Part shown: positions 19,546 to 28,001 of the stretch, in pieces
Numbering within the stretch: position 1 is the first letter of the stretch
Layout of the letters: each line of letters begins with the position of its first letter
DNA from: a candidate division WOR-3 bacterium
GTDB lineage: Bacteria > Hydrothermota > Tepidihabitantia > B3-TA06
Length of the DNA: 64,000 nt
NCBI GenBank assembly: GCA_965649265.1
Contig: CBFGKC010000001.1
Coordinates: forward strand, 13,119 to 77,118
Direction of reading: 5' to 3'
The notes under the pieces: model-generated
The model's input: only the letters and a program-made list of their open reading frames with translations
What the model was told of the DNA's origin: nothing
Databases searched by the model: none
Position numbers and translations under genes: made by a program

Positions 19546-20442
19546 TTAACCTACCTCTTTCAGCAAACTGTAAACGCCTGATACCGGACCGGTTACGATG
19601 AGTGACCGGCCCGGTGCGAATTTTATATCCGATACGGCCTGAGCAATCTGGTTGACTTGAACATCGCTAAGACCAGAAGGGACGACGAGGAGAAAATCGA
19701 CGAGTTCCCCCCAGGGCGCCCATGTAGTCCAGGGAGTCGATACCTCATCCCACTCCAGGGGCCAGTCGGGTGCAAGCTCCCAGAAAGGGATGATGGAGGG
19801 ATTCAGGCCGATTATTGCGATAACCCTGTCTTTAAAAGCCTTAACCGTCAGCGAAGCCGTAAAATCCCTCAGTTCATCCAGAAGACGCTCCCTGTAGTCT
19901 TCGTCCGACTCGCCTGCCGATCTGGAAAACTCAAGGGTCTGACCCCAGTTATCGAGCGCGTCGCCCGAGGCGTGCTGTATGAAGCGCGCGTCGTATACCT
20001 CGTTCAACCCGTCCGAAGTAAACTCCTGTGTCGAGTAGAAACCGACGTAGTCGGCAAAGACCTCTGCTCCCTCCTTCGGCGCAGTATAGAAAGTAACGTC
20101 GAAGTAACCTGTAGAGTACACTATCGTACCTGAACCACCCTCGGTGGAGCTGAGAGTGCCGTCGCCCTGGTCCTCGAGCGTCTCGGTCGTGTCACCCACG
20201 ACTAAGGCGTGTATCTCGAGTGTTCCCGGCTTTACACCCTTGTGAGAGAGATAGCCGGTGAAATGCTTCTGGAGTGAGGAGGTCCCCTCTCCTATCTGCT
20301 CGTCGGCAATGGTCTCTTCCTGACGTTTCCCTAGCTCGTCCCGCACGGTCGCAAGAAGCTTGCGCAGCGGTGAATCTTCCCTGAGGTCGCGGAAGGTCTT
20401 ACGACTCGTGAGAACGTCGAACTTGTAACTGAATCTTCCCAT
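19546..20442 (-). CDS. Baseplate wedge protein (gpI/gp48-like) with inserted beta-domain
   Basis: A.G..LD.WG....R..GESDEDYRERL motif; position after baseplate J. Confidence 0.7.
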   Translation of the reverse strand: MGRFSYKFDVLTSRKTFRDLREDSPLRKLLATVRDELGKRQEETIADEQIGEGTSSLQKHFTGYLSHKGVKPGTLEIHALVVGDTTETLEDQGDGTLSSTEGGSGTIVYSTGYFDVTFYTAPKEGAEVFADYVGFYSTQEFTSDGLNEVYDARFIQHASGDALDNWGQTLEFSRSAGESDEDYRERLLDELRDFTASLTVKAFKDRVIAIIGLNPSIIPFWELAPDWPLEWDEVSTPWTTWAPWGELVDFLLVVPSGLSDVQVNQIAQAVSDIKFAPGRSLIVTGPVSGVYSLLKEVG

Positions 20443-20463
20443 GTATACCTCCTTTGAGAAATT

Positions 20464-20994
20464 CTAGACGGAACTTACCTTTACCTCGGCACCCACGACG
20501 TTGTTTTCGTCCTGATCGAAGAAATCCTGTATCTCGGTAACCATATCTTCGTAGACCGGCCCGCCGTTATATGAGACGGTCACGTCGACGGTATTGGGCC
20601 CGCGCTCGCGCATGGCCACGGTGGCGTCGGTCACGAAGTCCTTGTAGTTTGCGAGGATCACTGACCGGTACCAGGCCTTCGTTCCCTTGCCCTTCTGGCG
20701 GTACATGGCAAGAACGTTCTGACGCGCGACTTCTGTATCCAGCGAATCGCTCCACGTAAGACCCCAAAGTTCGTAGTACCGGCGCAGGGTGGTGCGGTCG
20801 GAGTACTGCGCCCAGAGATCGAGGTAAAGTATCTTTAACCTGTCCCAGAGCATTGATATGGCCGCTGCGACGACCGTAAGGATCGAGCGAACGACCCCGC
20901 GGGTCCTCCAGTTCGTTAACTGCGGCGCTTCGGCCGCAAGCTGTGACTTCATGTCGTTAAATACTTCATTAGCGGTCTTAAAGTGCAAACTCAT
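20464..20994 (-). CDS. Short baseplate J/gp47-like protein
   Basis: FKT.NEV..DM, LTNW..GVVRSIL, GT..WY, RGPNTVDV motifs; only 176 aa. Confidence 0.75.
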   Translation of the reverse strand: MSLHFKTANEVFNDMKSQLAAEAPQLTNWRTRGVVRSILTVVAAAISMLWDRLKILYLDLWAQYSDRTTLRRYYELWGLTWSDSLDTEVARQNVLAMYRQKGKGTKAWYRSVILANYKDFVTDATVAMRERGPNTVDVTVSYNGGPVYEDMVTEIQDFFDQDENNVVGAEVKVSSV

Positions 20995-21006
20995 CGTGGC
21001 CTCCTT

Positions 21007-21122
21007 TTATGCTCGTCCCACACATTTATAATACTCCGTAACTCGCTTCGCTCGACGGAGTCTAATGTCATTGAAGACTTCGTTAGCCGTTTTGAAATGC
21101 AAGCTCATTGTGGCCTCCTTTG
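21007..21122 (-). pseudogene. Duplicate 5' fragment (SD plus 14 codons) of the baseplate J gene, forming a 33-aa mini-ORF
   Basis: MSLHFKTANEVFND identical to 20994-20953 at protein level, with 9 synonymous differences. Confidence 0.8.
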
Positions 21123-21132
21123 GATGTTGGAC

Positions 21133-21215
21133 CGGGGTCCCCGCGGCGTTGTGAAACAACGGCGTGGGGTATTTGTACGGGGTCCCCGCACGATTGCGAA
21201 GCAATCGGGTGGGGT
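21133..21215. repeat. Two tandem REP-like elements CGGGGTCCCCGC-hairpin-GTGGGGT
   Basis: Copies at 21133-21170 and 21178-21215; related copies at 38352-38389 and 49392-49430. Confidence 0.7.
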
Positions 21216-21221
21216 GTAATT

Positions 21222-21608
21222 TTACCTCTTTATGACCAGGGATATCTCCCTTGGCCTTACCCTTGAGAGCGGAAACACGCCGCATGTGAATCCTTCCTCC
21301 GTTAGATTGATGGTGTATCGACCTTCCACGAGCCGGTCCTCGCGTTCCAACGGTTCGCGAATCGCGTTGTAGAGATCTGAGATCACGATCCCGGCCATGG
21401 GCATATTCACGAACTCCGGCAGCCTTGAGCCGACCGTGAACGCGAGCGCCCAGTCGTAATACTGGCACCAGAGCTCGTTCAAAAGATCCTGCCTGAGCGA
21501 ATCCTCGCCTTCAAGAAGCGCGAAGTCGCCGTCCTCGATTTCTACGTCGGTGATTCTGCCGTCGGTATAATCTACCGTGAGTTTGACGTCACGGCCTAAA
21601 TCAGCCAT
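21222..21608 (-). CDS. Baseplate sheath initiator (gp25/gp46-like)
   Basis: DGDFALLEG.DSLRQDL...GSRL...LERED.RL motif. Confidence 0.75.
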   Translation of the reverse strand: MADLGRDVKLTVDYTDGRITDVEIEDGDFALLEGEDSLRQDLLNELWCQYYDWALAFTVGSRLPEFVNMPMAGIVISDLYNAIREPLEREDRLVEGRYTINLTEEGFTCGVFPLSRVRPREISLVIKR

Positions 21609-21699
21609 TCGAATCCTCCTTTCTCTGCGAAGAGAATGGGATGTTTGAGCGCTGTGCCAAGGAGGCGACGATTGTTGTCTTTGACTTCATTCAAAACTC

Positions 21700-22311
21700 C
21701 TAATCCGTGAACACGACCTTGGAGAGGAGCGCGGGCAGCGCGGGTGCCTGAAGAGGGGGAGGGCTTGAACCGTGCGTGTGCGTCGAAAGCCAGGAAACGA
21801 GCGAGTCGCCCCAGATTACGGGATGCGGTGCTGTTTTGCCGAGCTTGATGAGGGGCGACTTGACTTGCTTGAAGATGTCAATCTCCTCTGTGACGGTCTT
21901 TGCGACCTTTATTTCGACCGCGCCCGCGGTCTTCACGAATATGTCGTCGTTCGCCTTTACCTCGAGCCAGAAGTTATCACCCTTCTTTAAAATCATGCGC
22001 GTCCATTCCTGGCATGCGGTGATGGTCGGCCGGCCGTCAACCCATTCGATAAGGACCGTTGTGTCGACCTTCGGCACAAAAATCACTCCGATGTCATCGT
22101 CGGTGTTGAGAACGCGCATCGCGACGGGGACGTTTTGAAGAAGGCTCTCGGACTCCTTCTCGGGGTCAACGTCGCACCAGAAACCCGCAAGTCTTTCGGG
22201 CATTTTCCAGCCTGCAGGGGTAAGCTCCTGACAGCATTTGACCCTGCCCATTACCGCGTCATCCAGCCCCTTATCGGCAAGGTTTTGTATGATTTTCCTG
22301 AGTTCACTCAT
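21700..22311 (-). CDS. Baseplate central spike (gpV/gp45-like)
   Basis: OB-fold-like N-terminus with PKVD..V, beta-helix, C-terminal THTH metal-binding apex. Confidence 0.75.
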   Translation of the reverse strand: MSELRKIIQNLADKGLDDAVMGRVKCCQELTPAGWKMPERLAGFWCDVDPEKESESLLQNVPVAMRVLNTDDDIGVIFVPKVDTTVLIEWVDGRPTITACQEWTRMILKKGDNFWLEVKANDDIFVKTAGAVEIKVAKTVTEEIDIFKQVKSPLIKLGKTAPHPVIWGDSLVSWLSTHTHGSSPPPLQAPALPALLSKVVFTD

Positions 22312-23451
22312 CTACAACTCCTCTTTGTTTTTTACCATCGGCGGCTTTGACAGGTAAACCTGCATTCTAAAACCTTCCCCAGGTGAAAAAGACAATATAA
22401 CCCTTTTTGCATCGTAGAACCCGTTATTCTTCGACAGCTCCATATCCCCCCTCCATGCCATACCTATTTCGTGAGAGTGGGAGACGTCGGGATTCCCGAA
22501 AGTGACGAATGACCCGCCAAGCTCCTGCGAGTTGACATAAGCGAGATGTTCCTCCGCGCACTGCAGCGCATACTTCTCTGCCGAAGCCTTCGCGGAGGCC
22601 TCATCGGCTCCATCGAAGGAATAGGGCAATTTTATCTTGAGCGACCCGTCGCCCGTCTCGCCTTCGGCTGACGCTTTCTTTGATACGGAAAGGAACCTCT
22701 GCTTGGTGTCGAAAAGCTGGCAGGTGACTTCCTTGTACGGCTTCTCCCTCAAGTACTCGAGACCGACGGAAGAGATTACGTTGCCCTTGTCCCAGGGGTC
22801 GGATGAACCCTCCTTCCCGACGACAAAAACGTAGGGCTCCGGACTCTGCTCCAGATAATTTCTGTGATACGGCCACCGCGGACCGAAGTACACCTGGTCT
22901 TCCGTGCCCGGGATGAAGAAGTGAGTCCACTGGGTGCGTTCGGAAAGCATCGCCATCGCCTCCGCAACAGTCTTGTTGTGGAATTCGACGGAGTGCTGCT
23001 TTTGCCCAGGGCCGTTATCGGCCTCGGACGGAATCACGGCGCAGAGACCGACCCTGGACAGAAGATCACGCGCTATGTCGGTATAATAGAGGGGGGAGGA
23101 ATCGGTCCCGTACGTTTCTGTGATTCGCTGCTTCTTTGCCCGGTAGAACGGATCCTGAGCGGTAATGGTGAGGGGGTGGTGAGTTGTAACCGCGGATATT
23201 TCACCTGTGAACACTCTTTTTAAGCCGGGAACCTTATCGCCGTTCTTGTAACCGAGACTTATCTCAACCTTGTCGCCTTCCTTGAATAATTGAAGGGACT
23301 CCTTCTCCTTTGTAGGAATTTCGATTGTTGCCAGGTCTGAGGGAACGTCGGAGGCCAACTCAACCGCCAGACTGGATAACGTGATTACGTAGAGCGCTTC
23401 ACCACCGGCAGGGGTTATTTTAACCTCAAAATACGGATATAATGCCGACAT
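22312..23451 (-). CDS. Baseplate hub (gpD/gp44-like)
   Basis: GDKVEISLGY...VFTGEI...ITAQD and GSFVTFGNP motifs. Confidence 0.8.
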   Translation of the reverse strand: MSALYPYFEVKITPAGGEALYVITLSSLAVELASDVPSDLATIEIPTKEKESLQLFKEGDKVEISLGYKNGDKVPGLKRVFTGEISAVTTHHPLTITAQDPFYRAKKQRITETYGTDSSPLYYTDIARDLLSRVGLCAVIPSEADNGPGQKQHSVEFHNKTVAEAMAMLSERTQWTHFFIPGTEDQVYFGPRWPYHRNYLEQSPEPYVFVVGKEGSSDPWDKGNVISSVGLEYLREKPYKEVTCQLFDTKQRFLSVSKKASAEGETGDGSLKIKLPYSFDGADEASAKASAEKYALQCAEEHLAYVNSQELGGSFVTFGNPDVSHSHEIGMAWRGDMELSKNNGFYDAKRVILSFSPGEGFRMQVYLSKPPMVKNKEEL

Positions 23452-23454
23452 GTC

Positions 23455-23898
23455 TCAACTCCTGTAAAAAAAACTTCTCCATTTAGTTGCCTTGCTCAAA
23501 CTCGCGGCGCTTGCCCGGGCGAGGTATTTAATCTCACCACCGGAAACAGGCACATCATCCGGCTCCCACCCGTTGTGTTCGTAAACGTCAAAAAAAATAT
23601 AAGGATCGTTATACCGATCTATAGAGAGCGCAATCACCGGGTCAAGAGAAGGCTCATTCGCATATAAAAGTACGAAGTCCGGGACCTTTGTTTTTACTTC
23701 CCTCGTTTCAACGTAGGGTATGAAAACCTGCATTCCGGCATCGCAGCGCTCCGGGTCGTCACCAAAAAGCTCCAGATTCGCATGGTATATTATCCACCAC
23801 AGCGACGCATCGCCGTAGTAAAGCTCCGCTAAAAGCCACACATCCTCGCCTTGCTTCAGGGAGTGAACGAATCCTTTTTCTATTGATTGATCCATCAT
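23455..23898 (-). CDS. LysM/tail protein X-like baseplate protein
   Basis: GEDVWLLAELYYGDASLWWIIYHAN motif. Confidence 0.75.
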   Translation of the reverse strand: MMDQSIEKGFVHSLKQGEDVWLLAELYYGDASLWWIIYHANLELFGDDPERCDAGMQVFIPYVETREVKTKVPDFVLLYANEPSLDPVIALSIDRYNDPYIFFDVYEHNGWEPDDVPVSGGEIKYLARASAASLSKATKWRSFFYRS

Positions 23899-24560
23899 CC
23901 ACCACCCCTCTTGGCTTTAAGGATTTTATACTCCTCGAGGGTCATAAAAAGCTTAGTTTCACCCTCGACACTGACTCCGCTCATGCTGACTTGATACCGG
24001 TGGTTGGCCACCGGATTTATGGAAATGCTCTGGATTACCACATTGCGGATTTCAAGTTCGCGTAAAAGCGAAGGCTTTTGTTCGAACATCGGTAGCTGCC
24101 CGAAGAACTTCTGCCTGATTTGCGGCACTTCTTTTACGGTTGAACCCTGGATTATCTCGATCGTCGAATCGCCGTCCTGTTTGCGTATGAGATTCACGAG
24201 TTCCTTTATGATTCGATTGGCCCGTATTACCCCGCCCTCGTTGTACTTGGACTGCACGTCATAAAGAGGTACCCGGAAGTCGCCGGCCTCGAAAGAGATC
24301 GTGAACGTGTAGCAGTTGAATCCTGTGATCATCACAGGGTTGTTATCCGTGCCGCTCGTCGCCTTCGTACTCTCACTGTTGATGCTGCCCGAGATGCTTA
24401 TGTTACAGGGATAAGGAATGGGGACTTCATCTTGACCTCTCTTGACGACAAGGAACTCCATGTAGGTGTACATGGTTCCCGAGCGGTGGGTAGTGAAGAT
24501 GAGGTCCTCGGCTACCTGTCCCATCTGCTTCAAGGGATCAAGGATATCGTCTATTATCAT
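23895..24560 (-). CDS. Tail tube initiator (gpU-like)
   Basis: Position between the tape-measure slot and the LysM gene; beta-rich fold pattern. Confidence 0.55.
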   Translation of the reverse strand: MIIDDILDPLKQMGQVAEDLIFTTHRSGTMYTYMEFLVVKRGQDEVPIPYPCNISISGSINSESTKATSGTDNNPVMITGFNCYTFTISFEAGDFRVPLYDVQSKYNEGGVIRANRIIKELVNLIRKQDGDSTIEIIQGSTVKEVPQIRQKFFGQLPMFEQKPSLLRELEIRNVVIQSISINPVANHRYQVSMSGVSVEGETKLFMTLEEYKILKAKRGGG

Positions 24561-24581
24561 AAAATTCCTCCTTTAAAAAAT

Positions 24582-26996
24582 TCATGCGACGGATGTATCT
24601 TCTTGCATGAGCATCGCGACAAACTCCTCCTTCGTGAAGGATGTTTTTACCGTGCCGGCGTGATTGTTGTTAATTATCACCTGCTGCCCTTTGGCCTCCG
24701 GCTGCCGGGATGTCCTCGCGATTTGCGGTCCGGCTGCCGATGAAGGGATGCTTACTCTGGGAGTACCCAAGGCGAAAGACCCGGCGTCCGTTTTGGGCAT
24801 GCTTGTATTTGCAGCGTTCCTGAGACCCGTCGGCGTTATCGTGCTCGCGGACGACGGTGCGGCAAACGCGAACGCGCCTCGATTCGCGGCTGCTCTGGGC
24901 ATCGGGATCGTCGGGATTCCGGATGAAGGCATTCTCGCCATACCCCCTCCCCCCCGGGTTGAACCGGACGACGACGCGCTGATAAAAGGACTTGGCGTAA
25001 ACGAAAATCCCGTGTAAGGGAGCGCTGCCCCCTCTCCTCCCGAAGCACTTGTTCCAGCACCGGAGGACTGATTTGTTCCCATCCCCTGAAAGCCTCCGAA
25101 ATCCGCCGATGTCGAACCCTGTGAGAAATCGGCATACAGCTCCTGCGAGCCGCCGCCGGAACCCTTGTTGAAACCAAGTCCTGTTTGGGTAAAGTCCTGG
25201 CTAATTAATGAGTAATCCGAGATTTCTTTCGAGAAATCATCACTCGTCTGGAAGAAAGATGAAAGTTGTTTCGCACTACCTCTGTCCGATATATAGGATA
25301 CGTTTTGGCCTTCAGATCCAAACTCCCCCTTGTAATTATAGATTTCTTCCGGTGTAATACGGAATGGATTTTCGATGCTTTCCTTTTCTCTAGTTTTCTT
25401 TAGTGCTTTAGCGTTGGTAACTATACTGTTGATGTAAGGTTGAAGAATCTGAGCAGAAAAATCATATCCCTGCCTTGTAGGCTTGTCCCCGCTTGTCTGA
25501 GGAGGCAATTCCTCGTATCTGTTTGCTCTTAGAAGTAATTGGTTTATGGTTAAAGTAGAAGTAAAACTATCGTCAGGCATCAAATTAAAATAATATTGTT
25601 TGATTGCGGATTCTTCAGTTTTCGATATACCGGCACCAAGGTTAGCTGTCCAATTATCTATCACGCTCTTGTATTTATCCCAAGCCTTACCTTCAAATTC
25701 GACATCCCTCCACAGAGCCCAACCAAGATCCGGAGGTATTTTCTTCCCCGCCGTCTCCTCATATTGAGCTTTTCTTTCAAGCTCTGATTTTATGGCATTC
25801 TTTATTGTATAACCTACGTAATTGATATACCAAGCCAAAGCAGGATCACTTACCTCGTACACGGACGTAGTTATCTTTAGTTCTCCAGGTAAATCAGCCT
25901 CTAGCTGTCTTAATTCTCCTGCCGACATGAATGAGAGTGGTCTGGCTCCGGATGTGAACGCTATGTTTGTATCGAAAAAAAGAGACCCGTTCCTGCGCAG
26001 ATCTAACCATCCGCTTAAGATTGACATGTCATATGAGAAGCCCGAATAAGATATCTTCCCTGATTGCTCAGGCACCCAGACGTGTCCTGCCTTATTAATA
26101 ATCCAATCAACCCCAAGGAGCTTAATATAGGTCTTGTACGATGGGTCCGTACCGGCAACAGCAATCTCAAGTAATTCAGTAAATGGTTTTTGGGATTTGA
26201 CAAGCTCGGTTAAAGCCTCAGCATCCATCATCGATTGGGATGCAGGTATTCGTCTGCGCAAAATTGGTACGCCTGGCTTCCCTTCTTGCGGTATGAGTCT
26301 CTTCATGCCCCTCTCCAGAATATCCTCGATACCACGTGGCTCCGAATAAGTTTTCGTCACCTTAGATTCTTCTATGTTGATTTCGTACCCTTTAAGGAAT
26401 TTTACAATGCTTGGAACAGTACGCCCCTGGGGATCTTTGCCTTCCCTTGTCAGATAAGCATCAACGTATTTATCATTGTAGTAAATCTGCCAGTCCGTTG
26501 TGGACCTTTCATCTTGAGTACTTAAGTACCTCGTGTCGTATTCCGAACCAAATTCCTGTTCCGGATTCTCAACAGCTTCTCGAATATAGCCTTTACTAAA
26601 TAGATCATTAAATATTTCCTCATCCTTCAGGTTCTTTTTCTGCTCCCTTCTAGCGCTTTCCGATTGTTTCCCTAACTTTTCAAACATACTTCCTACGGCA
26701 CGTTCCCAATTACTAATCATAATATCGAGTGACAGTTGATCCCCCCCTATACCTGAAATTGGGTACATTGGCGGAATCGAAATTGTCATATCGGGGTCTA
26801 GGTAACCTCCGGCGGATGCATCCACTTGAAGTTTTTTTCTCTCTTCTCTTTTTCTCTTGTATTCTTGCGGCAATCCAAGAGGTGATTGAACCGCGTTTTC
26901 CACTAATTCATAAACAGACCCACCTTCATTCCCAATCTTCTTCCATGTTGAACCTGCCTTGTCCATCTTGACCTGATATATCCATTTTTCGCTCAT
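24582..26996 (-). CDS. Protein in the tape-measure position (atypical sequence)
   Basis: 804 aa following the chaperone genes; G/S/A-rich C-terminus with QQVIINNN; AT-rich 5' region. Confidence 0.55.
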   Translation of the reverse strand: MSEKWIYQVKMDKAGSTWKKIGNEGGSVYELVENAVQSPLGLPQEYKRKREERKKLQVDASAGGYLDPDMTISIPPMYPISGIGGDQLSLDIMISNWERAVGSMFEKLGKQSESARREQKKNLKDEEIFNDLFSKGYIREAVENPEQEFGSEYDTRYLSTQDERSTTDWQIYYNDKYVDAYLTREGKDPQGRTVPSIVKFLKGYEINIEESKVTKTYSEPRGIEDILERGMKRLIPQEGKPGVPILRRRIPASQSMMDAEALTELVKSQKPFTELLEIAVAGTDPSYKTYIKLLGVDWIINKAGHVWVPEQSGKISYSGFSYDMSILSGWLDLRRNGSLFFDTNIAFTSGARPLSFMSAGELRQLEADLPGELKITTSVYEVSDPALAWYINYVGYTIKNAIKSELERKAQYEETAGKKIPPDLGWALWRDVEFEGKAWDKYKSVIDNWTANLGAGISKTEESAIKQYYFNLMPDDSFTSTLTINQLLLRANRYEELPPQTSGDKPTRQGYDFSAQILQPYINSIVTNAKALKKTREKESIENPFRITPEEIYNYKGEFGSEGQNVSYISDRGSAKQLSSFFQTSDDFSKEISDYSLISQDFTQTGLGFNKGSGGGSQELYADFSQGSTSADFGGFQGMGTNQSSGAGTSASGGEGAALPYTGFSFTPSPFISASSSGSTRGGGGMARMPSSGIPTIPMPRAAANRGAFAFAAPSSASTITPTGLRNAANTSMPKTDAGSFALGTPRVSIPSSAAGPQIARTSRQPEAKGQQVIINNNHAGTVKTSFTKEEFVAMLMQEDTSVA

Positions 26997-27193
26997 TATC
27001 CACCTCCTAACAATTTGGCGATAGCGTGCGCGAGGCGCTTTGCTTCGCGCTCTTCGAGCCAGAGCGCCTCGCCGTATCTTAGCCAGAACTCCCGCTCGTC
27101 CTCGGGGGAGTTTCCAAAGTAGTGTCTCACCATAGCCTGGGCCGCCAGGACGACATTAGAATCTAGTTGCCGCCGGCGGGCCTGGGAAAATTT
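26996..27193 (-). CDS. -1 frameshift extension (gpGT-type) of the tail assembly chaperone
   Basis: Slippery A AAT TTT at 27193-27187; -1 frame is open (..MVRHYFG..EALWLEER..) to a TAA overlapping the next ATG. Confidence 0.75.
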   Translation of the reverse strand, partial: KFSQARRRQLDSNVVLAAQAMVRHYFGNSPEDEREFWLRYGEALWLEEREAKRLAHAIAKLLGGG

Positions 27194-27462
27194 TCAAGCT
27201 TCACCTCGACGCCCGTTCCGGCCACGCGCAGAAGGTTTACCGCAATCTGCGGCACCAGCGCGGGCTTTGAATTGAGAATCGCCTGGACGGACTGCTTGTC
27301 GAGCGCGCAGGAAAGGATGAGGTTGCGCGACGCCTCGTAGAGCGAGTCCGCCCCGGTGTCGTAGTAAAACTTTATCTCGGTGTGCCCCGGCACCTTGAAA
27401 CCGTATAATTCCTCGGCTACCCGGATCGTTACCGGCGCCGCCGCCTGCTCCTTTGGATTCAT
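27163..27462 (-). CDS. Tail assembly chaperone (gpG-type)
   Basis: 99 aa between the tube and tape-measure genes, with a slippery site at its 3' end. Confidence 0.75.
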   Translation of the reverse strand: MNPKEQAAAPVTIRVAEELYGFKVPGHTEIKFYYDTGADSLYEASRNLILSCALDKQSVQAILNSKPALVPQIAVNLLRVAGTGVEVKLENFPRPAGGN

Positions 27463-27522
27463 TTTTGCTCCTTTCAGAGGTTTATGGGAGGAGGACCCCC
27501 CGGGTCCCCCTCCGCAAAGCGT

Positions 27523-27990
27523 TTATAATTTTGAAACTATTTTTCCGACAACGGCGGAGTACTTGCGCACGATTCGCTTAGTGCTCTCGTCGAGCGATAC
27601 GCTTATGTCGGTCACATCAACGTCCATGAGCTGGGTGGAGTGCAACACACCCCATTTCGGCTCAAGTATCCCGTTGGACAGAACCTCCTTATCAGCGTAG
27701 GCTATTGTGATAAGAAACGGCGCGTAATCCAAGGCATCCTTTCCATCGGCCGCGTTGGCTATTGCTTCGAACTTTTCGGCGTTTTCGAATGTCATCGTGA
27801 AATCGGCGGTATATGAACGGTGCCCGTAACCGATGCCCAGCGGCGCGGAACCCTGCGCGTACTGCAGAGCCTTTTCCTTTTTTGCCGACCAGTTAATCGA
27901 GGTGATGCCTGTGAATTCCTGACCCATGATGTGCACTTTTACGTCGGTCCAGTCGTGGACCTTGCCGTTAATGAGAATTCCTTCTGCCAT
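27523..27990 (-). CDS. Tail tube protein
   Basis: INGKVHDW.DV...GITSI.W....YA.G..P.G.G.G motif; follows the sheath gene. Confidence 0.85.
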   Translation of the reverse strand: MAEGILINGKVHDWTDVKVHIMGQEFTGITSINWSAKKEKALQYAQGSAPLGIGYGHRSYTADFTMTFENAEKFEAIANAADGKDALDYAPFLITIAYADKEVLSNGILEPKWGVLHSTQLMDVDVTDISVSLDESTKRIVRKYSAVVGKIVSKL

Positions 27991-28001
27991 GATTTACCTC
28001 C

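Noticed and set aside
20950-21122. Possible DGR template/variable repeat pair
   Set aside because: Differences are at synonymous positions rather than adenine-specific, and there is no reverse transcriptase in the window
21133-21215. Possible mini CRISPR array
   Set aside because: Only two units, the inner sequences are hairpins rather than spacers, and there are no cas genes
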